Assembly (NCBI GenBank): GCA_964016885.1 | Contig: OZ024743.1 | Span: 134,168,001 to 134,232,000 of the forward strand | DNA: 64,000 nucleotides | Direction of reading: 5' to 3' | Source: Eledone cirrhosa | Taxonomy: Eukaryota | In this document: positions 20,331-33,300 of the stretch, piece by piece | Layout of the letters: every line of letters starts with the position of its first letter | How positions within the stretch are numbered: the first letter of the stretch is position 1 | Translations under genes and position numbers: made by a program | Notes under the pieces: generated by a model | Told to the model about the DNA's origin: nothing | The model's input: only the letters and a program-made list of their open reading frames with translations | Database searches by the model: none

Positions 20331-23300
20331 CTTGGTGCTTGCTGCTGGCTGCTTGGTGCTTGGTGTTTGGTGCCTGGTGCTTGGTGCTTGGTGCTTGGTG
20401 TTTGGTGTTTGGTGCTTGGTGCTTGGAGTTTGGTGTTTGGTGCTTGGTGCTTGGTATTTCGTGTTTCGTGTTTGGTTTTTGGTGCTTGGTGCTTGGTGCT
20501 TGGTTCTTGGTGTTTGGTGCTGGGTGCTTGGTGTTTGGTGCTTGGTGCTTGGTCTTTGGTGCTTTGTGTTTGGTGCTTGGTGCTTGGTGTTTGGTGCTTG
20601 GTGCTTGGTGTTTGGTGCTTGGTGCTTGGTGTTTGGTTTTTGGTGCTTGGTGTCTGGTGTTTGGTGTTTGGTGCTTGCTGCTGGCTGCTTGGTGTTTGAT
20701 GCATGGTGATTTGTGCTTGGTGTTTGGTGCTTGGTGTTTGGTGTTTGATGCTTGGTGCTTGGTGTTTGGTGTTTGATGCTTGGTGCTTGGTGCTTGGTGC
20801 TTGGTGCTTGGTGTTTGGTGCTTGGTGTTTGGTGTTTGGTGCTTGGTGATTCATGTTTCTACTTGGTGCTTGGTGCTTGGTTCTTGGTATTTGGTGCTTG
20901 GTGCTTGGTGTTTGGTGTTATATGCTTGGTGTTTGATGCTTGGTGCTTGGTGTTTGGTATTTGGTGTTTGATGCTTGGTGCTTGGTGTTTGGTGCTTGGT
21001 GCTTGGTGTTTGTACTTGGTGCTTGGTGCTTGGTGCTTGGTGTTTGGTGCTTGGTATTTGGTGCTTGGTGCTTGGTGCTTGGTCCTTGGTGCTTGGTGTT
21101 TGGTGGTTGGTGTTTGGTGGTTGGTGTTAGGTGTTTGGTGCTTGGTGCTTGGTGTTTGGTGTTTGGTGCTTGGTGTTTGGTGTTTGGTGCTTGGTGTTTG
21201 GTGCTTGGTCCTTGGTGCTTGGTGCTTGGTGTTAGGTGTTTGGTGCTTGGTGTTTGGTGCTTGGTGTTTGGTGCTTGGTGTTTGGTGCTTGGTGTTTGGT
21301 GGTTGGTGTTAGGTGTTTGGTGCTTGGTGCTTGGTGTTTGGTGTTTGGTGCTTGGTGTTTGGTGTGTTGTGCTTGGTGTTTGGTGCTTGGTACTTGGTGC
21401 TTGGTGCTTGGTGTTAGGTGTTTGGTGCTTGGTGTTTGGTGCTTGGTGTTTGGTGCTTGGTGCTTGGTGTTTGGTGCTTGGTGTTTGGTGTTTGGTGCTT
21501 GGTCATTGGTGTTTCTACTTGGTGCTTGGTGCTTGGTTCTTGGTGTTTGGTGTTTGGTGTTTGATGCTTGGTGCTTGGTGTTTGGTGCTTGGTGCTTGGT
21601 GTTTGTACTTGGTGCTTGGTGCTTGGTGCTTGGTGTTTGGTGCTTGGTATTTGGTGCTTGGTGCTTGGTGCTTGGTCCTTGGTGCTTGGTGTTTGGTGGT
21701 TGGTGTTTGGTGGTTGGTGTTAGGTGTTTGGTGCTTGGTGCTTGGTGTTTGGTGTTTGGTGCTTGGTGTTTGGTGTTTGGTGGTTGGTGTTTGGTGCTTG
21801 GTACTTGGTGCTTGGTGCTTGGTGTTAGGTGTTTGGTGCTTGGTGTTTGGTGCTTGGTGTTTGGTGCTTGGTGCTTGGTGCTTGGTGCTTGGTGTTTGGT
21901 GGTTGGTATTTGGTGCTTGGTGTTTGGTGCTTGGTGTTACGTGTTTGGTGCTTGGTGCTTGGTGTTTGGTGTTTGGTGCTTGGTGTTTGGTGTTTGGTGC
22001 TTGGTGTTTGGTGCTTTTTGCTTGGTGCTTGGTGCTTGGTGTTTGGTGCTGGGTGCTTGGTGCTTGGTGTTTGGTGTTATATGCTTGGTGTTTGATGCTT
22101 GGTGCTTGGTGCTTGGTGTTTGGTGTTTGGTGCTTGGTGTTTGATGCTTGGTGCTTGGTGCTTGGTGTTTGGTGCTTGGTGCTTGGTGTTTGGTGCTTGG
22201 TGCTTGGTGTTTGGTGCTTGGTGTTTGGTGCTTGGTGTTTGGTGCTTGGTGCTTGGTGCTTGGTGCTTGGTGTTTGGTGTTTGGTGCTTGGTGTTTGGTG
22301 CTTGGTACTTGGTGCTTGATGCTTGGTGTTAGGTGTTTGGTGCTTGGTGCTTGGTGTCTGGTTTTTGGTGCTTGGTGCTTGGTGTTTGGTGCTTGCTGCT
22401 GGCTGCTTGGTGTTTGGTGCTTGGTGATTGGTGCTTGGTGTTTGGTGTTTGGTGCTAGGTGCTTGGTGTTTGGTGCTTGGTGCTTGGTGTTTGTACTTGG
22501 TGCTTGGTGCTTGGTTCTTGGTGTTTGGTGCTTCGTGCTTGGTGTTTGGTGCTTGGTGCTTGGTGTTTGGTGCTTGGTGTTTGGTGCTTGGTGTTTGGTG
22601 CTTGGTGCTTGGTGCTTGGTGTTTGGTGCTTGGTTTTTAGTGCTTGGTGTTAGGTGTTTGGTGCTTGGTGCTTGGTGTTTGGTGCTTGGTGTTTGGTGTT
22701 TGGTGTTATATGCTTGGTGTTTGATGCTTGGTGCTTGGTGCTTGGTGTTTGGCGCTTGGTGTTTGATGCTTGGTGCTTGGTGCTTGGTGTTTGGTGCTTG
22801 GTGCTTGGTGTTTGTACTTGGTGCTTGGTGCTTGGTTCTTGGTGTTTGGTGCCTGGTGTTTGGTGTTTGGTGCTTGGTGTTTGGTGTTTGGTGTTATATG
22901 CTTGGTGTTTGATGCTTGGTGCTTGGTGCTTGGTGTTTGGTGCTTGGTGTTTGATGCTTGGTGCTTGGTGCTTGGTGTTTGGTGCTTGGTGCTTGGTGTT
23001 TGTACTTGGTGCTTGGTGCTTGGTTCTTGGTGTTTGGTGCTTGGTGCTTGGTGTTTGGTACTTGGTGCTTGGTGTTTGGTGCTTGGTGTTTGGTGCTTGG
23101 TGTTTGGTGCTTGGTGCTTGGTGCTTAGTGCTTGGTGTTTGGTGCTTGGTGTTAGGTGTTTGGTGCTTGGTGCTTGGTGTTTGGTGTTTGGTGCTTGGTG
23201 TTTGGTGCTTGGTGTTTGGTGTTAGGTGTTTGGTGCTTGGTGTTTGGTGTTTGGTGCTTGGTGTTTGGTGCTTGGTGTTTGGTGCTTGGTGTTTGGTGCT

Positions 23301-25689
23301 TGGTACTTGGTGCTTGGTGCTTCGTGTTAGGTGTTTGGTGCTTGGTGCTTGGTGTTTGGTTTTTGGTGCTTGGTGCTTGGTGTTTGGTGTTTGGTGCTTG
23401 CTGCTGGCTGCTTGGTGTTTGATGCTTGGTGATTGGTGCTTGGTGTTTTGTGTTTGGTGCTTGGTGCTTGGTGTTTGGTGCTTGGTGCTTGGTGTTTGGT
23501 GCTTGGTGCTTGGTGTTTGGTTTTTGGTGCTTGGTGTTTGGTGTTTGGTGTTTGGTGCTTGCTGCTGGCTGCTTGGTGTTTGATGCATGGTGATTTGTGC
23601 TTGGTGTTTGGTGCTTGGTGTTTGGTGTTTGATGCTTGATGCTTGGTGTTTGGTGTTTGATGCTTGGTGCTTGGTGCTTGGTGCTTGGTGCTTGGTGTTT
23701 GTTGTTTGGTGTTTGCTGTTTGGTGTTTGGTGTTTGCTTTTTGGTGTTTGGTGTTTGCTGTATGTTGTTTGGTGTTTGGTGTTTGGTGTTTGGTGTTTGG
23801 TGCTTGCTGCTGGCTGCTTGGTGTTTGATGCTTGGTGATTGGTGCTTGGTGTTTTGTGCTTGGTGTTTGGTGTTTGGTGCTAGGTGCTTGGTGTTTGGTG
23901 CTTGGTGCTTGGTGCTTGGTGTTTGGTGTTTGGTGTTAGGTGCTTCATGCTTGGTGTTTGGTGCTTGGTGCTGAGTGGTTGGTGTTTAGTGCTTGGTGTT
24001 TGGTGCTGGGTGCTTGGTGTTTGGTGCTTGGTGCTTGGTCTTTGGTGCTTGGTGTTTGGTGTTTGGTGCTTGGTGCTTGGTGCTTGGTGTTTGGTGCTTG
24101 GTGCTTGGTGTTTGGTGCTTGGTGCTTAGTGTTTGGTGCTTGGTGCTTAGTGTTTGGTGCTAGGTGCTTGGTGTTTGGTGCTTGGTGCTTGGTGTTTGGT
24201 GCCTGGTGCTTGGTGTTTGGTGTTTGGTGTTTGGTGCTTGGTGCTTGGTGTTTGGTGTTTGCTGTTTGCTGTTTGGTGTTTGTTGTTTGGTGTTTGTTGT
24301 TTGGTGTTTGCTGTTTGGTGTTTGGTGTTTGCTTTTTGGTGTTTGGTGTTTGCTGTATGTTGTTTGCTGTTTGGTGTTTGGTGTTTGGTGTTTGGTGCTT
24401 GGTGCTTGCTGCTGGCTGCTTGGTGCTTGGTGTTTGGTGCCTGGTGCTTGGTGCTTGGTGCTTGGTGTTTGGTGTTTGGTGCTTGGTGCTTGGAGTTTGG
24501 TGTTTGGTGCTTGGTGCTTGGTATTTCGTGTTTCGTGTTTGGTTTTTGGTGCTTGGAGTTTGGTGTTTGTTGCTTGGTGCTTGGTCTTTGGTGCTTTGTG
24601 TTTGGTGCTTGGTGCTTGGTGTTTGGTGCTAGGTGCTTGGTGTTTGGTGCTTGGTGCTTGGTGTTTGGTTTTTGGTGCTTGGTGTTTGGTGTTTGGTGTT
24701 TGGTGCTTGCTGCTGGCTGCTTGGTGTTTGATGCATGGTGATTTGTGCTTGGTGTTTGGTGCTTGGTGTTTGGTGTTTGATGCTTGGTGCTTGGTGTTTG
24801 GTGTTTGATGCTTGGTGCTTGGTGCTTGGTGCTTGGTGCTTGGTGTTTGGTGCTTGGTGTTTGGTGTTTGGTGCTTGGTGATTCATGTTTCTACTTGGTG
24901 CTTGGTGCTTGGTTCTTGGTATTTGGTGCTTGGTGCTTGGTGTTTGGTGTTATATGCTTGGTGTTTGATGCTTGGTGCTTGGTGTTTGGTGTTTGGTGTT
25001 TGATGCTTGGTGCTTGGTGTTTGGTGCTTGGTGCTTGGTGTTTGTACTTGGTGCTTGGTGCTTGGTGCTTGGTGTTTGGTGCTTGGTATTTGGTGCTTGG
25101 TGCTTGGTGCTTGGTCCTTGGTGCTTGGTGTTTGGTGGTTGGTGTTTGGTGGTTGGTGTTAGGTGTTTGGTGCTTGGTGCTTGGTGTTTGGTGTTTGGTG
25201 CTTGGTGTTTGGTGTTTGGTGCTTGGTGTTTGGTGCTTGGTACTTGGTGCTTGGTGCTTGGTGTTAGGTGTTAGGTGTTTGGTGCTTGGTGCTTGGTGTT
25301 TGGTGTTTGGTGCTTGGTGTTTGGTGTTTGGTGCTTGGTGTTTGGTGCTTGGTACTTGGTTCTTGGTGCTTGGTGTTAGGTGTTTGGTGCTTGGTGTTTG
25401 GTGCTTGGTGTTTGGTGCTTGGTGCTTGGTGTTTGGTGCTTGGTGTTTGGTGTTTGGTGCTTGGTCATTGGTGTTTCTACTTGGTGCTTGGTGCTTGGTT
25501 CTTGGTGTTTGGTGCTTGGTGCTTGGTGTTTGGTGTTATATGCTTGGTGTTTGATGCTTGGTGCTTGGTGCTTGGTGTTTGGTGTTTGGTGTTTGATGCT
25601 TGGTGCTTGGTGTTTGGTGCTTGGTGCTTGGTGTTTGTACTTGGTGCTTGGTGCTTGGTGCTTGGTGTTTGGTGCTTGGTATTTGGTGC

Positions 25690-26720
25690 TTGGTGCTTGG
25701 TGCTTGGTGTTAGGTGTTTGGTGCTTGGTGTTTGGTGCTTGGTGTTTGGTGCTTGGTGCTTGGTGCTTGGTGCTTGGTGTTTGATGGTTGGTGTTTGGTG
25801 CTTGGTGTTTGGTGCTTGGTGTTACGTGTTTGGTGCTTGGTGCTTGGTGTTTGGTGTTTGGTGCTTGGTGTTTGGTGTTTGGTGCTTGGTGTTTGGTGCT
25901 TTTTGCTTGGTGCTTGGTGCTTGGTGTTTGGTGCTGGGTGCTTGGTGCTTGGTGTTTGGTGTTATATGCTTGGTGTTTGATGCTTGGTGCTTGGTGCTTG
26001 GTGTTTGGTGCTTGGTGTTTGATGCTTGGTGCTTGGTGCTTGGTGTTTGGTGCTTGGTGCTTGGTGTTTGGTGCTTGGTGCTTGGTGTTTGGTGCTTGGT
26101 GTTTGGTGCTTGGTGTTTGGTGCTTGGTGCTTGGTGCTTGGTGCTTGGTGTTTGGTGTTTGGTGCTTGGTGTTTGGTGTTTGGTGGTTGGTGTTTGGTGC
26201 TTGGTACTTGGTGCTTGGTGCTTGGTGTTAGGTGTTTGGTGCTTGGTGTTTGGTGCTTGGTGTTTGGTGCTTGGTGCTTGGTGCTTGGTGCTTGGTGTTT
26301 GGTGGTTGGTGTTTGGTGCTTGGTGTTTGGTGCTTGGTGTTACGTGTTTGGTGCTTGGTGCTTGGTGTTTGGTGTTTGGTGCTTGGTGTTTGGTGTTTGG
26401 TGCTTGGTGTTTGGTGCTTTTTGCTTGGTGCTTGGTGCTTGGTGTTTGGTGCTGGGTGCTTGGTGCTTGGTGTTTGGTGTTATATGCTTGGTGTTTGATG
26501 CTTGGTGCTTGGTGCTTGGTGTTTGGTGTTTGGTGCTTGGTGTTTGATGCTTGGTGCTTGGTGCTTGGTGTTTGGTGCTTGGTGCTTGGTGTTTGGTGCT
26601 TGGTGCTTGGTGTTTGGTGCTTGGTGTTTGGTGCTTGGTGTTTGGTGCTTGGTGCTTGGTGCTTGGTGCTTGGTGTTTGGTGTTTGGTGCTTGGTGTTTG
26701 GTGCTTGGTACTTGGTGCTT
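25690..26720 (+). repeat. Approximately 518-bp (74-monomer) local duplication (mirrored at ~45150-46180)
   Basis: ORF pairs 25714/26232 and 45173/45691. TTACGTG, GCTTTTTGC and TTATATGC repeat at offset 518. Confidence 0.75.
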
Positions 26721-27360
26721 GATGCTTGGTGTTAGGTGTTTGGTGCTTGGTGCTTGGTGTCTGGTTTTTGGTGCTTGGTGCTTGGTGTTTGGTGCTTGCT
26801 GCTGGCTGCTTGGTGTTTGGTGCTTGGTGATTGGTGCTTGGTGTTTGGTGTTTGGTGCTAGGTGCTTGGTGTTTGGTGCTTGGTGCTTGGTGTTTGTACT
26901 TGGTGCTTGGTGCTTGGTTCTTGGTGTTTGGTGCTTCGTGCTTGGTGTTTGGTGCTTGGTGCTTGGTGTTTGGTGCTTGGTGTTTGGTGCTTGGTGTTTG
27001 GTGCTTGGTGCTTGGTGCTTGGTGTTTGGTGCTTGGTTTTTAGTGCTTGGTGTTAGGTGTTTGGTGCTTGGTGCTTGGTGTTTGGTGCTTGGTGTTTGGT
27101 GTTTGGTGTTATATGCTTGGTGTTTGATGCTTGGTGCTTGGTGCTTGGTGTTTGGCGCTTGGTGTTTGATGCTTGGTGCTTGGTGCTTGGTGTTTGGTGC
27201 TTGGTGCTTGGTGTTTGTACTTGGTGCTTGGTGCTTGGTTCTTGGTGTTTGGTGCCTGGTGTTTGGTGTTTGGTGCTTGGTGTTTGGTGTTTGGTGTTAT
27301 ATGCTTGGTGTTTGATGCTTGGTGCTTGGTGCTTGGTGTTTGGTGCTTGGTGTTTGATGC

Positions 27361-30300
27361 TTGGTGCTTGGTGTTTGGTGTTTGGTGCTTGGTGTTTGGT
27401 GCTTGGTGTTTGGTGTTAGGTGTTTGGTGCTTGGTGTTTGGTGTTTGGTGCTTGGTGTTTGGTGCTTGGTGTTTGGTGCTTGGTGTTTGGTGCTTGGTAC
27501 TTGGTGCTTGGTGCTTCGTGTTAGGTGTTTGGTGCTTGGTGCTTGGTGTTTGGTGTTTGGTTTTTGGTGCTTGGTGTTTGGTGTTTGGTGTTTGGTGCTT
27601 GCTGCTGGCTGCTTGGTGTTTGATGCATGGTGATTTGTGCTTGGTGCTTGGTGTTTGGTGTTTGATGCTTGGTGCTTGGTGTTTGGTGTTTGATGCTTGG
27701 TGCTTGGTGCTTGGTGTTTGGTGCTTGGTGTTTGGTGTTTGGTGCTTGGTGCTTGGTGTTTGGTGTTATATGCTTGGTGTTTGATGCTTGGTGCTTGGTG
27801 CTTGGTGTTTGGTGTTTGGTGTTTGATGCTTGGTGCTTGGTGTTTGGTGCTTGGTGCTTGGTGTTTGTACTTGGTGCTTGGTGCTTGGTGCTTGGTGTTT
27901 GGTGCTTGGTATTTGGTGCTTGGTGCTTGGTGCTTGGTCCTTGGTGCTTGGTGTTTGGTGGTTGGTGTTTGGTGGTTGGTGTTAGGTGTTTGGTGCTTGG
28001 TGCTTGGTGTTTGGTGTTTGGTGCTTGGTGTTTGGTGTTTGGTGCTTGGTGTTTGGTGCTTGGTACTTGGTGCTTGGTGCTTGGTGTTAGGTGTTTGGTG
28101 CTTGGTGTTTGGTGCTTGGTGTTTGGTGCTTGGTGCTTGGTGCTTGGTGCTTGGTGTTTGGTGGTTGGTGTTTGGTGCTTGGTGTTTGGTGCTTGGTGTT
28201 ACGTGTTTGGTGCTTGGTGCTTGGTGTTTGGTGTTTGGTGCTTGGTGTTTGGTGTTTGGTGCTTGGTGTTTGGTGCTTTTTGCTTGGTGCTTGGTGCTTG
28301 GTGTTTGGTGCTGGGTGCTTGGTGCTTGGTGTTTGGTGTTATATGCTTGGTGTTTGATGCTTGGTGCTTGGTGCTTGGTGTTTGGTGTTTGGTGCTTGGT
28401 GTTTGATGCATGGTGCTTGGTGCTTGGTGTTTGGTGCTTGGTGCTTGGTGTTTGGTGCTTGGTGCTTGGTGTTTGGTGCTTGGTGTTTGGTGCTTGGTGT
28501 TTGGTGCTTGGTGCTTGGTGCTTGGTGCTTGGTGTCTGGTGTTTGGTGCTTGGTGTTTGGTGCTTGGTACTTGGTGCTTGGTGCTTGGTGTTAGGTGTTT
28601 GGTGCTTGGTGCTTGGTGTCTGGTTTTTGGTGCTTGGTGGTTGGTGTTTGGTGCTTGCTGCTGGCTGCTTGGTGTTTGGTGCTTGGTGATTGGTGCTTGG
28701 TGTTTGGTGTTTGGTGCTAGGTGCTTGGTGTTTGGTGCTTGGTGCTTGGTGTTTGTACTTGGTGCTTGGTGCTTGGTTCTTGGTGTTTGGTGCTTCGTGC
28801 TTGGTGTTTGTACTTGGTGCTTGGTGATTGGTGTTTGGTTCTTGGTTCTTGGTGTTTGGTGTTTGGCGTTTGGTGTTTGGTGCTTGGTGCTTGGTGTTTG
28901 GTGCTTGGTGCTTGGCGTTTGGTGCCTGGTGCTTGGTGCTTGGTGTTTGGTGTTTGGTGTTTGGTGCTTGGTGCTTGGAGTTTGGTGTTTGGTGCTTGGT
29001 GCTTTGTGTTTTGTGTTTGGTGTTTGGTTTTTGGTGCTTGGTGCTTGGTCCTTGGTGTTTGGTGCTGGGTGCTTTGTGTTTGGTGCTTGGTGCTTGGTGT
29101 TTGGTGTTTGCTGCTTGGTGTTTGATGCTTGGTGCTTGGTGCTTGGTGTTTTGTGTTTGGTGCTTGGTTCTTGGTGTTTGGTGCTTGGTGCTTGGTACTT
29201 GGTGTTTGTACTTGGTGCTTGGTGCTTGGTGTTTGGTTCTTGGTTCTTGGTGTTTGGTACTTGGTGCTTGGTGCTTGATGTTTGGTGTTTGGTGCTTGGT
29301 GTTTGGTGCTTGGTGCTTGGTGCTTGGTGTTAGGTGTTTGGTGCTTGGTCCTTGGTGTTTGTTGCTTGGTGTTTGGTGTTTGCTGTTTGGTGTTTGGTGT
29401 TTCGTGTTTGGTGTTTGCTGTTTGGTGTCTGCTTTTTGGTGTTTAGTGTTTGCTGTATGGTGTTTGGTGTTTGCTGTTTGGTGTTTGGTCTTTGGTGCTT
29501 GGTGTTTGGTGCTTGGTGCTTGGTGTTTGGTGTTTAGTGCTTGGTGCTTGGTGTTTGGTGTTTGGTGCTTGGTGTTTGGTGTTTGGTGCTTGGTGTCTGG
29601 TGCTTGGTGTTTGGTTTTTGGTGCTTGGTGTTTGGTGTTTGGTGCTTGGTGTTTGGTGTTTGGTGTTTGGTGCTTGGTGCTTGGTGTTTGGTGTTTGGCG
29701 TTTGGTGCTTGGTGTCTGGTGCTTGGTGTTTGGTGTTTGGTGCTTGGTGTTTGGTGCTTGGTGCTTGGTGTTTGGTGCTTGGTGCTGGGTGGTTGGTGTT
29801 TGGTGCTTGGTGTTTGGTGCTGGGTGCTTGGTGTTTGGTGCTGGGTGCTTGGTATTTGGTGCTTGGTGCTTGGTCTTTGGTGCTTGGTGTTTGGTGTTTG
29901 GTGCTTGGTCATTGGTGTTTCTACTTGGTGCTTGGTGCTTGGTTCTTGGTGTTTGGTGCTTGGTGCTTGGTGTTTGGTGTTATATGCTTGGTGTTTGTTG
30001 CTTGGTGCTTGGTGCTTGGTGTTTGGTGTTTGGTGTTTGATGCTTGGTGCTTGGTGTTTGGTGCTTGGTGCTTGGTGTTTGTACTTGGTGCTTGGTGCTT
30101 GGTGCTTGGTGTTTGGTGCTTGGTATTTGGTGCTTGGTGCTTGGTGCTTGGTCCTTGGTGCTTGGTGTTTGGTGGTTGGTGTTTGGTGGTTGGTGTTAGG
30201 TGTTTGGTGCTTGGTGCTTGGTGTTTGGTGTTTGGTGCTTGGTGTTTGGTGTTTGGTGCTTGGTGTTTGGTGCTTGGTACTTGGTGCTTGGTGCTTGGTG

Positions 30301-33300
30301 TTAGGTGTTTGGTGCTTGGTGTTTGGTGCTTGGTGTTTGGTGCTTGGTGCTTGGTGCTTGATGCTTGGTGTTTGGTGGTTGGTGTTTGGTGCTTGGTGTT
30401 TGGTGCTTGGTGTTACGTGTTTGGTGCTTGGTGCTTGGTGTTTGGTGTTTGGTGCTTGGTGTTTGGTGTTTGGTGCTTGGTGTTTGGTGCTTTTTGCTTG
30501 GTGCTTGGTGCTTGGTGTTTGGTGCTGGGTGCTTGGTGCTTGGTGTTTGGTGTTATATGCTTGGTGTTTGATGCTTGGTGCTTGGTGCTTGGTGTTTGGT
30601 GTTTGGTGTTTGATGCTTGGTGCTTGGTGCTTGGTGTTTGGTGCTTGGTGCTTGGTGTTTGGTGCTTGGTGCTTGGTGTTTGGTGCTTGGTGTTTGGTGC
30701 TTGGTGTTTGGTGCTTGGTGCTTGGTGCTTGGTGCTTGGTGTTTTGTGTTTGGTGCTTGGTGTTTGGTGATTGGTACTTGGTGCTTGGTGCTTGGTGTTA
30801 GGTGTTTGGTGCTTGGTGCTTGGTGTCTGGTTTTTGGTGCTTGGTGCTTGGTGTTTGGTGCTTGCTGCTGGCTGCTTGGTGTTTGGTGCTTGGTGATTGG
30901 TGCTTGGTGTTTGGTGTTTGGTACTAGGTGCTTGGTGTTTGGTGCTTGGTGCTTGGTATTTGTACTTGGTGCTTGGTGCTTGGTTCTTGGTGTTTGGTGC
31001 TTCGTGCTTGGTGTTTGGTGCTTGGTGCTTGGTGTTTGGTGCTTGGTGTTTGGTGCTTGGTGTTTGGTGCTTGGTGCTTGGTGCTTGGTGTTTGGTGCTT
31101 GTTGTTTGGTGCTTGGTGTTAGGTGTTTGGTGCTTGGTGCTTGGTGTTTGGTGTTTGGTGCTTGGTGTTTGGTGTTTGGTGTTATATGCTTGGTGTTTGA
31201 TGCTTGGTGCTTGGTGCTTGGTGTTTGGTGTTTGGTGCTTGGTGTTTGATGCATGGTGCTTGGTGCTTGGTGTTTGGTGCTTGGTGCTTGGTGTTTGGTG
31301 CTTGGTGCTTGGTGTTTGGTGCTTGGTGTTTGGTGCTTGGTGTTTGGTGCTTGGTGCTTGGTGCTTGGTGCTTGGTGTCTGGTGTTTGGTGCTTGGTGTT
31401 TGGTGCTTGGTACTTGGTGCTTGGTGCTTGGTGTTAGGTGTTTGGTGCTTGGTGCTTGGTGTCTGGTTTTTGGTGCTTGGTGCTTGGTGTTTGGTGCTTG
31501 CTGCTGGCTGCTTGGTGTTTGGTGCTTGGTGATTGGTGCTTGGTGTTTGGTGTTTGGTGCTAGGTGCTTGGTGTTTGGTGCTTGGTGCTTGGTGTTTGTA
31601 CTTGGTGCTTGGTGCTTGGTTCTTGGTGTTTGGTGCTTCGTGCTTGGTGTTTGTACTTGGTGCTTGGTGATTGGTGTTTGGTTCTTGGTTCTTGGTGTTT
31701 GGTGTTTGGCGTTTGGTGTTTGGTGCTTGGTGCTTGGTGTTTGGTGCTTGGTGCTTGGCGTTTGGTGCCTGGTGCTTGGTGCTTGGTGTTTGGTGTTTGG
31801 TGCTTGGTGCTTGGTGCTTGGAGTTTGGTGTTTGGTGCTTGGTGCTTTGTGTTTTGTGTTTGGTGTTTGGTTTTTGGTGCTTGGTGCTTGGTCCTTGGTG
31901 TTTGGTGCTGGGTGCTTTGTGTTTGGTGCTTGGTGCTTGGTGTTTGGTGTTTGCTGCTTGGTGTTTGATGCTTGGTGCTTGGTGCTTGGTGTTTTGTGTT
32001 TGGTGATTGGTTCTTGGTGTTTGGTGCTTGGTGCTTGGTACTTGGTGTTTGTACTTGGTGCTTGGTGCTTGGTGTTTGGTTCTTGGTTCTTGGTGTTTGG
32101 TACTTGGTGCTTGGTGCTTGATGTTTGGTGTTTGGTGCTTGGTGTTTGGTGCTTGGTGCTTGGTGCTTGGTGTTAGGTGTTTGGTGCTTGGTCCTTGGTG
32201 TTTGTTGCTTGGTGTTTGGTGTTTGCTCTTTGGTGTTTGGTGTTTCGTGTTTGGTGTTTGCTGTTTGGTGTCTGCTTTTTGGTGTTTAGTGTTTGCTGTA
32301 TGGTGTTTGGTGTTTGCTGTTTGGTGTTTGGTCTTTGGTGCTTGGTGTTTGGTGCTTGGTGCTTGGTGTTTGGTGTTTGGTGCTTGGTGCTTGGTGTTTG
32401 GTGTTTGGTGCTTGGTGTTTGGTGTTTGGTGCTTGGTGTCTGGTGCTTGGTGTTTGGTTTTTGGTGCTTGGTGTTTGGTGTTTGGTGCTTGGTGTTTGGT
32501 GTTTGGTCTTTGGTGCTTGGTGCTTGGTGTTTGGTGTTTGGTGTTTGGTGCTTGGTGTCTGGTGCTTGGTGTTTGGTGTTTGGTGCTTGGTGTTTGGTGC
32601 TTGGTGCTTGGTGTTTGGTGCTTGGTGCTGGGTGGTTGGTGTTTGGTGCTTGGTGTTTGGTGCTGGGTGCTTGGTGTTTGGTGCTGGGTGCTTGGTATTT
32701 GGTGCTTGGTGCTTGGTCTTTGGTGCTTGGTGTTTGGTGTTTGGTGCTTGGTCATTGGTGTTTCTACTTGGTGCTTGGTGCTTGGTTCTTGGTGTTTGGT
32801 GCTTGGTGCTTGGTGTTTGGTGTTATATGCTTGGTGTTTGATGCTTGGTGCTTGGTGCTTGGTGTTTGGTGTTTGGTGTTTGATGCTTGGTGCTTGGTGT
32901 TTGGTGCTTGGTGCTTGGTGTTTGTACTTGGTGCTTGGTGCTTGGTGCTTGGTGTTTGGTGCTTGGTATTTGGTGCTTGGTGCTTGGTGCTTGGTCCTTG
33001 GTGCTTGGTGTTTGGTGGTTGGTGTTTGGTGGTTGGTGTTAGGTGTTTGGTGCTTGGTGCTTGGTGTTTGGTGTTTGGTGCTTGGTGTTTGGTGTTTGGT
33101 GCTTGGTGTTTGGTGCTTGGTACTTGGTGCTTGGTGCTTGGTGTTAGGTGTTTGGTGCTTGGTGTTTGGTGCTTGGTGTTTGGTGCTTGGTGCTTGGTGC
33201 TTGGTGCTTGGTGTTTGGTGGTTGGTGTTTGGTGCTTGGTGTTTGGTGCTTGGTGTTACGTGTTTGGTGCTTGGTGCTTGGTGTTTGGTGTTTGGTGCTT

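Larger units (their letters stand above)
8966..27360 (+). repeat. Higher-order repeat copy A (18,395 bp)
   Basis: Near-identical ORFs recur at offset 18,395 (9274/27669, 10433/28828, 12018/30413, 15072/33467, 16518/34913). The rare markers TTATTTT (16672/35067) and a T8 run (16808/35203) share this offset. Confidence 0.92.
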